Assembly (NCBI GenBank): GCA_964566225.1
Contig: CAZMHV010000002.1
Location: 81,934 to 145,933, forward strand
Length of the DNA: 64,000 nt
Reading direction: 5' to 3'
From: an uncultured Gammaproteobacteria bacterium
GTDB lineage: Bacteria > Patescibacteriota > Patescibacteriia > Magasanikbacterales > UBA922
Part shown: positions 49,607-61,600 of the stretch, piece after piece
Layout: each line of letters starts with the position of its first letter
Numbering within the stretch: the first letter of the stretch is position 1
The notes under the pieces: model-generated
Told to the model about the DNA's origin: nothing
The model's input: the letters and a program-made list of their open reading frames with translations, nothing else
Databases searched by the model: none
Made by a program: the position numbers and the translations under genes

Positions 49607-49646
49607 AAAAACAAAAAAGCAGTGACTCTTCACTGCTTTTTGTTTT
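49607..49646 (+). terminator. Intrinsic terminator after groEL
   Basis: AAAAAGCAGTGA-CTCT-TCACTGCTTTTTGTTTT. Confidence 0.85.
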
Positions 49647-49697
49647 ATTCTTAAAAATTTGATATACTTTAATTTCAAGATTATTTAGTATTTGTGT

Positions 49698-52025
49698 ATG
49701 AAAAATTTTTCTTATGCAAAACAGTCACTTGCTGTACTTTTAGGTATTGTCCTTTTTGTTGTCTATTTTAGTTTTGGGTCTGTTGCCAAAGCTACGGTAC
49801 TCACGGGTGCAGACAGTGATGTAGGTATATTTTGGTATGTTTTTGGTGGACCAGCCAATGATACCACAGACGCAAATGATAGCGATAGTATGGGAGATGT
49901 TTCTTGGCCAGCGGGCAATCAAGATTCCAGAAATATTTATATTGGTCACCTTACATCCAAATTTACTAAAGTAGTAGTAGATGTTTCTTCGGCAACAACT
50001 GATACTGGCCAAGATCTGGATATGCAATATTGGAATGGTTCTGCGTGGACAGCTCTCACCCTCACTGCACAAACACATCCGTTTGATACGGTCGGAGTAA
50101 ATAGTTTTTCTTTTTCTGCTCCTTCTGATTGGGTAACCACCAGTGTTGGAGGAACGAGTGCTTATTATATACGTACTCCGATAGCGGTTGGGACTCTTAA
50201 TGAAAAAGGTTATGTAAATGCACAAGTGAGTCAGATCTCTTTGCAACTTGTTGCACCTCCGGGGATTACTCTAACAGAATCTGGTATTGGTGGTACTTCT
50301 CTCACCGAATCTGGAGCAACAGATGGTTATACTATTGTACTCAATGCTCAGCCAACTTCAAACGTGACTATCGCGGTTACTCCGGATAGTAATTCCAGTG
50401 TATCTACCAGTAGTATTGTTTTTACTACAAGTAATTGGGATACTCCAGTCAATGTCACCGTCACTGCGGTAGATGACTCTATCGCAGAAGGATCGCATTC
50501 TTCTACCCTTACGCATAGTGCTACATCAGATGACTCAAATTATAATGGTATCAGTATTAATTCTATTATAGCAAGTGTTGGAGACAATGACACCGCTGCA
50601 ATTACTCTTAGCGATTCAAGTGCCCAAACTGCGGTAACAGAAGGAGGCGCAACAGGTTACCTCACAGCTGTTTTGACGAGTCGTCCTACCAGTACAGTTA
50701 CACTTACCTTGACACCTTCGAGTCAGATTACGCTTTCTACCACTACTATTGAATTTTCTTCCGTCAACTGGAATATTCCTGTAACTTCAACTATTACCGC
50801 TGTAAATGATTCTGCTGTGGAGGGAACCCACACAGGGACTATTACATACTCGGTTGCAAGTTCTAACTGGAACTATTCAGGCTTGGTATTGACGAATACC
50901 TCTGTTTCTATTACCGATAATGATACTGAATCTACCCCTACAGTCACTTCCAACAGCAATGCTCCTTCAGCTACTCCTCCTACTCCTCCAGCATTGCCAA
51001 CTTCACAAAATGATGAAAATACTGCTATTTTTGTGCCTGTTCCTCAAGAAGTTGTATTAGAGAAAGATGTGTCAATTCCTCTCATCCTCGGCGGAGAAAA
51101 CCACAGCCTTACTCAAGTAGGAACCGCTACTGAGAGTCAAATTACCGTTATTTTGCGGTCAGAACCTATTATCGTAACCTTAACAAAAAGTGAAATTCAA
51201 GAAATTGATTTCAATAAAGATGGCAAACAAGATATTCGTCTGCAATATAAAGGGTTTAAAAATAGTAAACCTCAACTCGAAATCACCCCACTTATAGAAG
51301 TAGGTGAAGGCAGTAAAGCTCTTTCTATCAACCTTGGCGCAACATCAACTCTTTCACGAAGTGTGACATTGACACTGCGTGCGTACAATGCGAGTTGGAT
51401 GGCCATTTCTGAGGATCCAAAATTTCAAAATGTCTCATTTGTAGCGTATCAAAAAAGTTATCCCTTTACTCTTTCAGAGGGAACCGGTGAAAAAACAGTA
51501 TATGTTCGTTTTCGTGGTGACAACGGTGGAACGGTCGACTCAAGTGATCGTATTCTTTTAGAAAAAATAACTACCTGTCCACTCACCCCAGGGAAGCCTT
51601 ATAAATCTCCACAAAATCCTGCTGTATATTTGGTACTTGATGCCCAAAGTCAAGAAGTAGCCGCTACCGATGCTCCTTGTGTAAAACGCCTCTTCAAAGA
51701 TCCCTCTACATACTTTACTTATTTCTCATCCTATAAAAGTATTATCGGTACGACTGAACAGATACTTTCATCGATACCCGACGACCCTATATCTTTTATT
51801 CCACTTGGACCCAACGCAAAACTTGATGAAAAAGGTCTTGTCAAACAGGTTTTAACTCCCAATGTGTATATTGTTCTCTCCAATAAGTTACACTGGGTAA
51901 AAACAGAACAAGTTTTCAAAAAAATGGGGTTGGTATGGAACTCTATTCAAGATATTTCACATGTTCTTTTTCGTAACTTCAGTGAGGGGGCACCGATTGA
52001 AACAGAATCAGATATACAAAAATAA
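49698..52025 (+). CDS. Exported surface protein with two Calx-beta/cadherin-like repeats
   Basis: Signal peptide; two ~110-aa repeats (TE.GAT..Y..VL...PT..VT...F...NW..P....TAV.D...EG.H...DND) at ~50260-50925; Pro/Thr linker. Confidence 0.75.
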   Translation: MKNFSYAKQSLAVLLGIVLFVVYFSFGSVAKATVLTGADSDVGIFWYVFGGPANDTTDANDSDSMGDVSWPAGNQDSRNIYIGHLTSKFTKVVVDVSSATTDTGQDLDMQYWNGSAWTALTLTAQTHPFDTVGVNSFSFSAPSDWVTTSVGGTSAYYIRTPIAVGTLNEKGYVNAQVSQISLQLVAPPGITLTESGIGGTSLTESGATDGYTIVLNAQPTSNVTIAVTPDSNSSVSTSSIVFTTSNWDTPVNVTVTAVDDSIAEGSHSSTLTHSATSDDSNYNGISINSIIASVGDNDTAAITLSDSSAQTAVTEGGATGYLTAVLTSRPTSTVTLTLTPSSQITLSTTTIEFSSVNWNIPVTSTITAVNDSAVEGTHTGTITYSVASSNWNYSGLVLTNTSVSITDNDTESTPTVTSNSNAPSATPPTPPALPTSQNDENTAIFVPVPQEVVLEKDVSIPLILGGENHSLTQVGTATESQITVILRSEPIIVTLTKSEIQEIDFNKDGKQDIRLQYKGFKNSKPQLEITPLIEVGEGSKALSINLGATSTLSRSVTLTLRAYNASWMAISEDPKFQNVSFVAYQKSYPFTLSEGTGEKTVYVRFRGDNGGTVDSSDRILLEKITTCPLTPGKPYKSPQNPAVYLVLDAQSQEVAATDAPCVKRLFKDPSTYFTYFSSYKSIIGTTEQILSSIPDDPISFIPLGPNAKLDEKGLVKQVLTPNVYIVLSNKLHWVKTEQVFKKMGLVWNSIQDISHVLFRNFSEGAPIETESDIQK

Positions 52026-52084
52026 TAGAGATTTGACTGAAAAAAGCTGTACACAGATACCTGTGTACGCTTTTCTTTATACGT

Positions 52085-53023
52085 ATGCATATACTTCCTC
52101 TCCTCAAAAAAATATTTTCAGAAAAAAAATATTGGCAGGTCAAAAGTCTTGTACTTCGATTTTTTTCGTTTTTGTGTATTTTTTTTCTTGTTGATTTTAC
52201 CCATGAAACCTATACTCAAAAATATTTTGGGTATGCGGTACGCACCAGTGACGGATTTATCAATTATTTGCCATATCTTTTTTTGGGTGCATTTTTTGTA
52301 CTGAGGCTTCCATCATTTTTTACTGGCCCCCAAAATAATCATACCAAAATTTTATCATCTGTATATACATATCTCGCTCTGTTCTTTTTTTTGATGCCGG
52401 TTCCAAGGAGTATTTTTGAGTCAAATCTCTCACTTATTTTTGTTCAGTCAATTTTCATGCTTTTGGGCTATATAAGTTTATTTGTAGCCATACTCGGAAA
52501 GAATTTTATAAAAAAATTTTCTGTAGACCTTTCCGTTATTATACTTCTTATTATTCCGTCACATTTGGCTCCACTCCTCATCGATCACTTTTGGCAGTAT
52601 TCATCACGGGTTACGTTAGCAGGTCTTTCACTTTTATTTTCACTTTTGCATATTGATGGAGTTATTATACCAAGTGAATTTGCTGTTCGTATGAAAGACT
52701 TTTCTGTGATTGTCGGTCCTTCGTGTGCAGGTATTCATTCCCTCACAGCTTTTACCGTATTGTACGGTGCCATACTACTTCTTGCCTCCAAAGATGTCGC
52801 TTTCAAGGGATATTATGCTGCTTTGTTTTATGCCATTGGTCTTTTTGCTGTATTTTTGCTCAATAGTATTCGTGTTTTCTTGATTATTTTGGTGGGAGTT
52901 TATTATTCCAAAGATTTTGCTATCCACTTGTTCCATGAGACTATTGGTTCAGTGCTCCTTCTCAGTTTTTTCATTTTGTATACTTCTTTTATTCTTCCCA
53001 AAATTCTGAGAAGAGCATCTTGA
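52085..53023 (+). CDS. Exosortase/archaeosortase family transpeptidase
   Basis: Multi-TM protein with the catalytic triad pattern VGPSCAGIHSL (Cys), LNSIRV (Arg), FHE (His). Confidence 0.8.
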   Translation: MHILPLLKKIFSEKKYWQVKSLVLRFFSFLCIFFLVDFTHETYTQKYFGYAVRTSDGFINYLPYLFLGAFFVLRLPSFFTGPQNNHTKILSSVYTYLALFFFLMPVPRSIFESNLSLIFVQSIFMLLGYISLFVAILGKNFIKKFSVDLSVIILLIIPSHLAPLLIDHFWQYSSRVTLAGLSLLFSLLHIDGVIIPSEFAVRMKDFSVIVGPSCAGIHSLTAFTVLYGAILLLASKDVAFKGYYAALFYAIGLFAVFLLNSIRVFLIILVGVYYSKDFAIHLFHETIGSVLLLSFFILYTSFILPKILRRAS

Positions 53024-53077
53024 TTTTTTTCTCTTTTTCCGCTATTATCAAGGCCACTGAGTCACAAAACTGCCCTT

Positions 53078-54208
53078 ATGCAAGAAGAAAAAAAACAGCT
53101 TCAAGCCCTCGAACAAAAAATTGAATCAACTTGGAAATTACTTCGTATTGATGACTTAATTGCCGAAAAATCAGACCTCCAAAAAAAAATGGAGGATCCT
53201 ACTTTTTGGTCACACCAAGAAGATGCTACCAAAGTGAGTAAACGGGTGAGTGAACTTTCTGAAGAAATACAAACTTGGCAGACCATGAAATACCAAACCC
53301 AACAGCTTTTAGAACTTGCTTCCGACGTCGAACAAAATCCAGACAGTGGATTAGAACAAGAAATACACAATAACTTAACCGAGTTGCAAAATAAATTTTT
53401 ACACCTCGAATTTTATTTATTGTTTTCTGGTAAAAATGACCAAAAAAATGCAATTGTATCTATTTATGCGGGCAGTGGGGGAACCGAAGCCCAGGACTGG
53501 GCTGAGATGCTACGACGTATGGTTTTTCGATACTGTGAGAAAAAAAACTGGAGAGTAAGTATCCTTGATGAATCTCTAGGACAAGAAGCCGGTCTCAAAT
53601 CATGTACATTTCGAGTGGAAGGTCGTCTTGCCTATGGTTATTTACAGTCAGAGCATGGCACGCATCGTCTGGTGAGACTCTCGCCATTCAATGCTGACGC
53701 ACTGCGACAAACATCATTTGCTCAAATTGAAGTCATTCCAGAAATGGAATTGAGTGATGCTTTGCATATTGATCCCAAAGATCTTCGCATTGATACGTTT
53801 ATGTCTGGTGGCAAAGGTGGTCAGAGTGTCAATACAACCTATAGTGCGGTACGCATTGTGCACCTTCCTACCGGTATTACCGTACAGTGTCAAAATGAAC
53901 GCAGTCAACTCCAAAATAGAGAGAGCGCTATGAAAGTTCTTTTTTCTAAATTGCAAAAAGTACAAGAAGAAAAAGAAGAAAAAGAACGTCTCGAACTCCG
54001 CGGAGAATACAAAAGTGCTGAGTGGGGGAATCAAATTCGTTCGTATGTGCTTCACCCCTACAAAATGGTCAAAGATATACGTACTCGATATGAAACCAAA
54101 GACCCTGAAGATGTATTGTCTGGTCATTTGGACCCTTTTATTGAAGAATATTTACGGTGGAAAAAAGATGGTATGCCAAATAGAAAAAATACTGATGAGA
54201 GTGAATAA
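53078..54208 (+). CDS. prfB: Peptide chain release factor 2 (no programmed frameshift)
   Basis: GGTEAQDWAEML, HRLVRLSPF, GGQSVNTT, WGNQIRSYVLHPY. Confidence 0.95.
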   Translation: MQEEKKQLQALEQKIESTWKLLRIDDLIAEKSDLQKKMEDPTFWSHQEDATKVSKRVSELSEEIQTWQTMKYQTQQLLELASDVEQNPDSGLEQEIHNNLTELQNKFLHLEFYLLFSGKNDQKNAIVSIYAGSGGTEAQDWAEMLRRMVFRYCEKKNWRVSILDESLGQEAGLKSCTFRVEGRLAYGYLQSEHGTHRLVRLSPFNADALRQTSFAQIEVIPEMELSDALHIDPKDLRIDTFMSGGKGGQSVNTTYSAVRIVHLPTGITVQCQNERSQLQNRESAMKVLFSKLQKVQEEKEEKERLELRGEYKSAEWGNQIRSYVLHPYKMVKDIRTRYETKDPEDVLSGHLDPFIEEYLRWKKDGMPNRKNTDESE

Positions 54209-54211
54209 ACT

Positions 54212-54823
54212 ATGCAACATATTTTTTTGGAAGACTGCAATCTTGAAGTACTCGTTGACCTATTGACACAAGGCAAGACTTTGGTGTATCCAACCGAAAC
54301 CTGCTATGGCCTCGGCTGTGACCCCTCAAATTCACTCGCAGTAGAAAAAATTTTTCATATCAAAAAACGGCCAGAAAATAAACCTATGCTCTTGGTGTTT
54401 CCAAATATTGAAATGCTCAAAAAGTATATTGTTTGGGATACGACACTTGAAAAACTTTCAAGCTACTGGCCAGGACCGTTGACTGTAGTCGCACAAGTCT
54501 TAGCAGGAGCACCTCTCGCTCCTGCATTGACACAAATAAATCATACGGTAGCCGTACGGGTTTCTTCGTATCCATTTGTAGCAGAACTCACGGCTCTGTT
54601 TGGTGGTCCTCTTGTATCAACCTCAGCAAATATTGCAGGTGAACCAAATCCTTATACAGCCACAGAAATTGTTGACCGATTCAACAAAGAAAAAATTTTT
54701 CCTGATATCATTATTGATGCAGGAACACTGCCTCCCAACCCACCAAGTACGCTTATTCAAGTTGACCATGGCACGGTTACGGTTCTTCGTCAGGGAAGTA
54801 TTCAGGTTATCCACCCCATATAA
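54212..54823 (+). CDS. tsaC: Threonylcarbamoyl-AMP synthase (YrdC/Sua5)
   Basis: YPTETCYGLG, KKRPENKP, WPGPLT, STSAN. Confidence 0.9.
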   Translation: MQHIFLEDCNLEVLVDLLTQGKTLVYPTETCYGLGCDPSNSLAVEKIFHIKKRPENKPMLLVFPNIEMLKKYIVWDTTLEKLSSYWPGPLTVVAQVLAGAPLAPALTQINHTVAVRVSSYPFVAELTALFGGPLVSTSANIAGEPNPYTATEIVDRFNKEKIFPDIIIDAGTLPPNPPSTLIQVDHGTVTVLRQGSIQVIHPI

Positions 54824-54894
54824 ATTGTGAACTCAACAAAATTTTGTTATAATAGACTGGATAAAAAACTTTTTCACATCCAGTCTTTTTTTGT

Positions 54895-55614
54895 ATGGAT
54901 GGAATGGATACGAACAATAAATTGACTCGTGAACAAAAAGTGGGCGTCACGCTACTTTTTATTTTTACCTTACTCACCGTTGGTCTTGCTTTTTTGCAAA
55001 TGCGTAACACTTTGTTTACGCCTTTTGTGTTAAACCCAACTGATGTTGTGGATACCCAAAAATCACTTCAAGATTTGCAGGTTGACCTCCAAAAAATCGA
55101 TACAGACAAAGACGGACTCAATGACTTTGAAGAACAAGAATACTATGCTACCAGTCGATACCTGCCAGATACGGACTCTGATGGTGTTTCTGATAAAGTC
55201 GAAATTGATGCGGGTACCAATCCGTTATGTGTTGAAGGAAAATTTTGTGAATTTGGCCAAGCCAATCCTCAAGCAGTCTCTACTACTCAAGCCATTACAG
55301 CGCTTCCTGTAGGGAGTACAGCCCTTTCACCAGTTGCTGGGATTGCCCAAGATCAAGAAACTGCAGCAGCTCAGTTGCAGGCACTCATCAATGATCCAGA
55401 ACAAATTCGTCAAATGCTTCGTCAAACTGGTTCTATCCCCGAAGAACAGCTCAAAAAACTTGATAATGCAACACTTATTAGTTTGTTGAAGCAAATCATC
55501 TCTCAGCAAGGTCAGCCTCAAACCCCACCTGTCCCCGATGCTTCTGGAGTCTCTACTTCTACCAAAAATTCTGTTACAACAACTTCAACTTCTCAATTTG
55601 AAACAGAACCCTAA
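54895..55614 (+). CDS. Membrane-anchored protein with Ca-binding DxDxDG (TSP3-like) repeats
   Basis: TM helix; DTDKDGLNDFEE...DTDSDGVSDKVEIDAGTNP. Confidence 0.7.
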   Translation: MDGMDTNNKLTREQKVGVTLLFIFTLLTVGLAFLQMRNTLFTPFVLNPTDVVDTQKSLQDLQVDLQKIDTDKDGLNDFEEQEYYATSRYLPDTDSDGVSDKVEIDAGTNPLCVEGKFCEFGQANPQAVSTTQAITALPVGSTALSPVAGIAQDQETAAAQLQALINDPEQIRQMLRQTGSIPEEQLKKLDNATLISLLKQIISQQGQPQTPPVPDASGVSTSTKNSVTTTSTSQFETEP

Positions 55615-55622
55615 TTTTTTCT

Positions 55623-58600
55623 ATGCTAGAGTTTTTTTCACCCAAAAGGAAATTTGTCAAAGTCACTCTGTTTGTCGTTGGCATGCTTCAAGTTTTTAGT
55701 TTTCTTTTGGTCGCTCCGGTTTTTGCACAAGCGGGTCAGCCTGTATCTGACTATACGACAGAGTTAAATACCTATGTTACAGCCAATGTTTTGCTTGCTG
55801 ATAAGGCCAAAAAAGAAGTTGACCAAGGACTTTTGGCTACTGGAGTTGCCTCTATCATCCATGCTTTTTCCTATTTCATGGACAAAATCGCCTATGACAC
55901 TGCTCAGTACGTAGCCAATGGTGGCAAAGGCCAAAGTGCTTTGGTATTTAGAAAGGGTTTCAAGAGCTATATTGAAGACACGGCTCTTGATGCTGCCGGA
56001 GATTTTATTGAAAATTTTAGTACCAATGCACTCGGTATTAACCTCTGTCAAATTCCAGATCCACACCTGGCTATATTTTTGACACTTGGTTTCAAGAGTA
56101 TTTATGGCAAAGGTGGTCCTCAATCAAGTTGTTCTTGGCAACAATTTCGTAATAACTGGAGTCGAGAAGCGTTTGAACAACGCTATGGCCCAGGTGGAAG
56201 TCGTTTTTTGGCAGAAACTTTTAGTGCAAATTTAAAAGTAAGTAATACTGACTTCGGTGTAGGGTTATCTGCTATTGCCAAGCTTGACAAAGTTACGGCT
56301 CAAGCCAAAACCGCTGCTGCTGATGACCGCAAAGAAGGACAGGGGTACAAAGCGGTAACGGCTATGATTACGGGAAATATTTTGACTCCATCACAGGTTG
56401 TCCAAAAAGAAACTGATGTTGCTACCAATCATTACAAAGTTGAAGCCAATAACCAGCAGCTGGCGGGTATTTTGGCCAGTGGTGCCAATCAAGTTTTTTG
56501 GCATGCAGGTTCTGTATTTTTGAATACACTGACTTCAGAGATGATCAATAAATTGCTCACCCAAGGAATGTTTCCTGATATTGGAGACGATGGGAGTGCG
56601 GTAGAGGGTGGCTTTTATAACAGTCCACAAAATCGTTTGAATGGTGCAGCAAATCCCTATGCTCAGTTGCTTACGGCTCGACCTTCTACTCAAGTCAATA
56701 ATTATAATATCATTTCAGAGTTTGCTACCTGTCCAGACGCTCCAGGTATGAACAATTGTGTCATCGATACCGACTTCCAAAGAGCGCTCGACATTGGTAA
56801 CAGTGATAAACCACTTACTATCCAAGAGGCACTTGATAAAGGTTTGCTCCACGGCAATTGGCCTCTTATTTCTCCTAAACGTGAAGCTGACAATGCCAGT
56901 CCAAATCATGATTGTTACCAGGGAAAATATTGCTATTCCAATATCCAAAAACTTCGTAAAGTAAATATCTTGCCACTTGGTTTTGAAATTGCCGCTCTTC
57001 GTTCTGATCCAGATCAACCTTGGACACTTGAAACGGTCGTGAGAAACTTTGAAACCTGTTATCGTGTCAATGGACAAGGAAATCCTGATCCAAATGGTAC
57101 TATTATTCGAGAAAATGCTGCGTTTCCATTTTGTCATCTTATTAATCCAAACTGGATTATTCGTGTACCAGCGCTCCAATGTATGGGCAAGGTGATTACC
57201 GATTCACTGCTTAGTCCCGATTCTGCGCAGCGTCGTGAAGAATGTCTTGATGTCAAAACATGTATTAACGAAGGTGAAAATGGAAGTTGTGGTGGTACTT
57301 ACGCGTACTGTACTCAAGAAAAAAATATTTGGAGAATTCCAGGACAATCTTGTCCTGCTGAGTATAATACCTGTACCACGTACATGAACAATTCTACCCG
57401 CCAGGCAGCTTCATATTTGGCGCGTACGGTTGACTACGGTGAATGTAGTATTGATACAGTAGGGTGTCGTGCGTATGCTATCCAAAAATACGGTGCGGGT
57501 AACTGGCTTGGTTCCGGTGATGTTGATGATAGTGACAACCACAAAACATTTCGTGCTCTTCATGACACCACAGATATTATATACTTTGACAATGCTATAA
57601 AAGCACAAAGTACGGTTTGTCGTCCTGGCAATAATGGATGTACATTATTTTATGGTGCAGTCCAAGATACCACTACCGGTCAGTACCAAAAAACATCAAA
57701 CAACAAATTTATTGAAGACAAAAATGTTCAAATTCATCTCAAAAAAGCTCCCGATTATTTGAAATGTTATGATAGTAATCAGGCAAGTCCAGATATTGAT
57801 TGGCCAACTACTTTGGCTGACGTAGAAACCAATGTTTCTCAAAGCGAACAGTGTAATGCTTTTGCTTCAGTATGTTTAGAAAGTGAAATTGGTTGTGAGG
57901 CTTATACTCCGCTTGATGCCAAACAAGTGGCTCTTGCGGGTGTACCTCAAATTCCAGGTATGATTGGGGCACAAAATGTATGTAGTAGTGATTGTGTGGG
58001 ATATGCTACTTTCAAACAAGAAGCTGATAAATTTTCCAATGAAAAATTTCCATTGTATTTTATTCCTCAAAATGGCAAGAGTTGTGATGCCAAGTACACT
58101 GGCTGTTCAGAATTTACCAATATTGATACACGTGCTCAAGGTGGAGAAAAGAAAGAGTATTATACAGATCTCAAATACTGTGAAAAACCTTTGGCAGACC
58201 AAAGTAATATAAAAACATTCTATACTTGGGAAGGCAGTATCAACCAAGGTCTTTCTCTCAAAACTGTCAAAATATTACCAGTGAGTGCTGAAGAAAATAC
58301 ATATTTAAATGCAGTTCTTGCAGACGAAGATGCCAAATACATTGATCAATTTCCTGTTGGTTCACCTGCGTATGGAGATGATAGTAAAATTGCACTTATG
58401 GGTGCGGTTACCCAATGTAACAAAGAAAACTATTTGATTCGTCAAAACAATCCATACGATGTTGATGCTGCGGTACCAGATTGTAAAGCATACTATGACG
58501 ACGCTGGAAATATTTTTTACAGAGTCTCAGGAGATGACTCCAAATCTCTCAATAAATTAGTAACTATTTCACCGGCATGTCATCCTTTGCGCAAAACCAA

Positions 58601-61600
58601 TCCTGAATTTTTTGCAGACATTGCACTCCAGGGCAATAGTGATGCATGTTTACGCAAGGGAGGTAACTATGACCCTGCCCAAGGAACCTGTCAGCGTTGT
58701 ATGAATGGTGGACGTTTTGAAAACAACAGCTGTGTCTATCAAACTATTTCTGCTCCAGGACAATCAACTTCTTGTCCAGCTGTGGCCAATGGATGCCGTT
58801 CATATACTGGAAGTACTGCCAACAACGTAAATGAAATATTCAATGACGACTTTGAGGGAGCTACTGACGAAGAAGTAGCGCAAATGGTTGCTCCATGGAA
58901 ACCTGCTCGAAATGTTCGTATCTCTGTTGAGGCTGCACAGGCTGGTGCGCACTCACTTGAAGTGAGCGGTCCTGCCAATCAAGTAGTGAATCGTCAAATA
59001 GAACCAGGATCATTCAAGAGTGATTCTTGGTATGAGGTAACATTCTGGGCCAAAGGTTCTGGCCGAAATGTTTCAGTAGCACTTTCTCAAACCGAAAACA
59101 ATGCTCGCGTGGTGAAAGCAGATTTTTCTCTTGACCCACTCACTGGTGAGCATGTGGCTGCCTCTATTGATCAAGATTGGCATGCATATCACCTTGGACC
59201 AGTTCAATTTATTGGCGCCACCAGTACTCCGCTCATGCTTGATTTTGTACTCGAGGGGAACAACAATCTGCCTGTGTATATTGACCATGTTCGTTTTACC
59301 CAGGTTCGTGACCATATTCCTCTTATCAAAGATTCATGGAAAACTTCTGAGGGGTATGATGCTCCACTTTCTTGTGATTCAGATCCTCTCGATGCACTCC
59401 CTGGTGAAAGACTTGGTTGTTCTGCCTACAAAGATAGTAATAACAAAATTCGTTTTGCCACAGGTTTTGAAAAACTCTGTCGTGAAAAAGCGGTGGGTTG
59501 TCAACCACTCTGGGATACCTTCAATACTGTCGAAGGTGATGATGCTGATAAAAAATTGGTTTACAACGTTTTGTGTCAGGTAAATCCTCAGGCGGCAAAC
59601 ATGGCCAAAGTTGAAAATGGTAAATGTACCCTGTATCGTGCTGGAAATCTCAACAAACCAGCAGGGGAGTGTGCTATCAAAAATCAGTTTGAACCATACT
59701 GTTACGTTTCCAAAGTTGTCTTGGAAGCAGATGAAAATTTTAGTATCAGTTTTGGTAATAACGCACTCACCCGATCAACCGTCATTGTTCCTGCAGACAC
59801 GGCCAGTAGTACTCCAATATTTTTGGCCAACCGCAAAGATTTTCGTTGTAGTGAAACAGAACGTGGTTGTATGGCTGTAGGACTTGAAAATCAGCTTATT
59901 TCAACTGCAACCGTTTCTACTTCTTATAAATATACTGACATGATGGTCAAAAATGACCCTGCCTTGTACGATAAAACGTTGTGTCGAAGTGATTTGGTTG
60001 GTTGTGACGAATTTAAAAACAATAACAATGTAACCTACTTCAAAGATCCAAAAATTATTGGTAACAAAACCTGTGTGTACAAAGAAAAAGGCAACACAGA
60101 TACATTTGGTTGGTTTCAGGACGGTGTTGGTCGTTGTACGGCCAACTCAGACCGTTTGTGTCGTACCAATGATGACTGTGACCGAGGAGATACTTGTAAC
60201 TCTGCAACTTTGAATACGGTTGCCTGCTATGAAGATTACCAACGCGAAGGTGGCATGTATGATTTGTGGAGTAATAATACCCAGCAGTACGATGGTTTTG
60301 TAGGTTCTTGTCCAAATAACTATAACCTGTGTACAGAACTTATTGATCCAGCCGATACTTCATCGGTGCATCCTGCTGGTCAAGCATACTATGTTATTTT
60401 CAATAATCAGGTGACTTCACAGGTTTCAAAATGTGATGGCAAAGTAAGTTTGAGTGAAGGTTGTGTTCTCTTCAACAAAACCGATCAACCAAATAAATTG
60501 TACGATAGTGTCGCTACCTATACCAATTCAGAAAATGCAAATCCCAAATATTCGCCAGTAGCACCTGTTTCAACTGGTCGAAGTCTCAATACCAACTTAA
60601 TCTTGAAAGTGAACCGTGACCGTATGTGTAGTCGATGGCTTGATTGTGCTACCAGTATTCGTCAAACCGATGCTTCGGGCAAGCCAGTTGACCTCTGTTA
60701 TGCATTTCGTGAATGTGAACAACAAGAAGGTGGCGTCTGTACCAAGTGGGTAGACAACTTTGCCAATAATAGTACGGTACAACAAGCTGCTACTCGTATT
60801 ACCTATGGCAACTATATCAAGCGTGGTACTTCATGGTATGACAATGAATTTACGGGGTATTCACTGTACAACAAATTCCGTATTGACAACATGATCTATG
60901 TTTCATTTGATAACGACGTTTTGAAATCAACCTATAAACTCTTAGAAGGGGATGTAGAAAAAATGGTGGACAGACAGTATCTTGCCTATGAAATGGATGG
61001 TCAATTTTTTACTGGTGAAAGTCGTGGCAAAGGGTGTTTCCCAGATCCTGCAAATCCAAATGTCAGTACAGACATGAAAATTTGTGGATATGACAATGGT
61101 GGTCGTTGTTACAAAAATAAATGTATATATCCTATCACTGGTGTGTTTCCAGCAGGTATTGACCCTGTCAGTGCTGTAGACGCAACTCGTCGCAGTAGTA
61201 TGATCACACTGTTGAATGCACTTACCTCCAACAGTTGTAAAGGTCACCCAGAAATTACCGGACCATTTGAAATTCAGACCGTGCTTGATAAAGACGCAAA
61301 TCCTGTTAAAAAATACCTGTTCGATGGGGATGGTTTCAATGCAGGCTTATTCCGTTTAGAAGTACGAAACCCTCGCAGTGGATTTTCCAATGCCAATTAC
61401 TGTCAAGACGAAGAGTGTTCCTGTGGTTACAAAAAAATATATTACAATGGAAATTCTCTTCCAGACTATGTTGACTTACAAAAACCTGTAAATAGTCGTG
61501 GTGTTTGTATTAGTGGAGATATTCCTGTTCGAAATGATGATGGAACTGTGAATAATCAAAGAACGCAAAGTGCTGTTGGTTCATACTGTCAAAATGACAA

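Noticed and set aside
53078-53170. Programmed +1 frameshift in prfB
   Set aside because: No CTT-TGA-C slippery site; the frame is continuous (CTT CGT ATT GAT).
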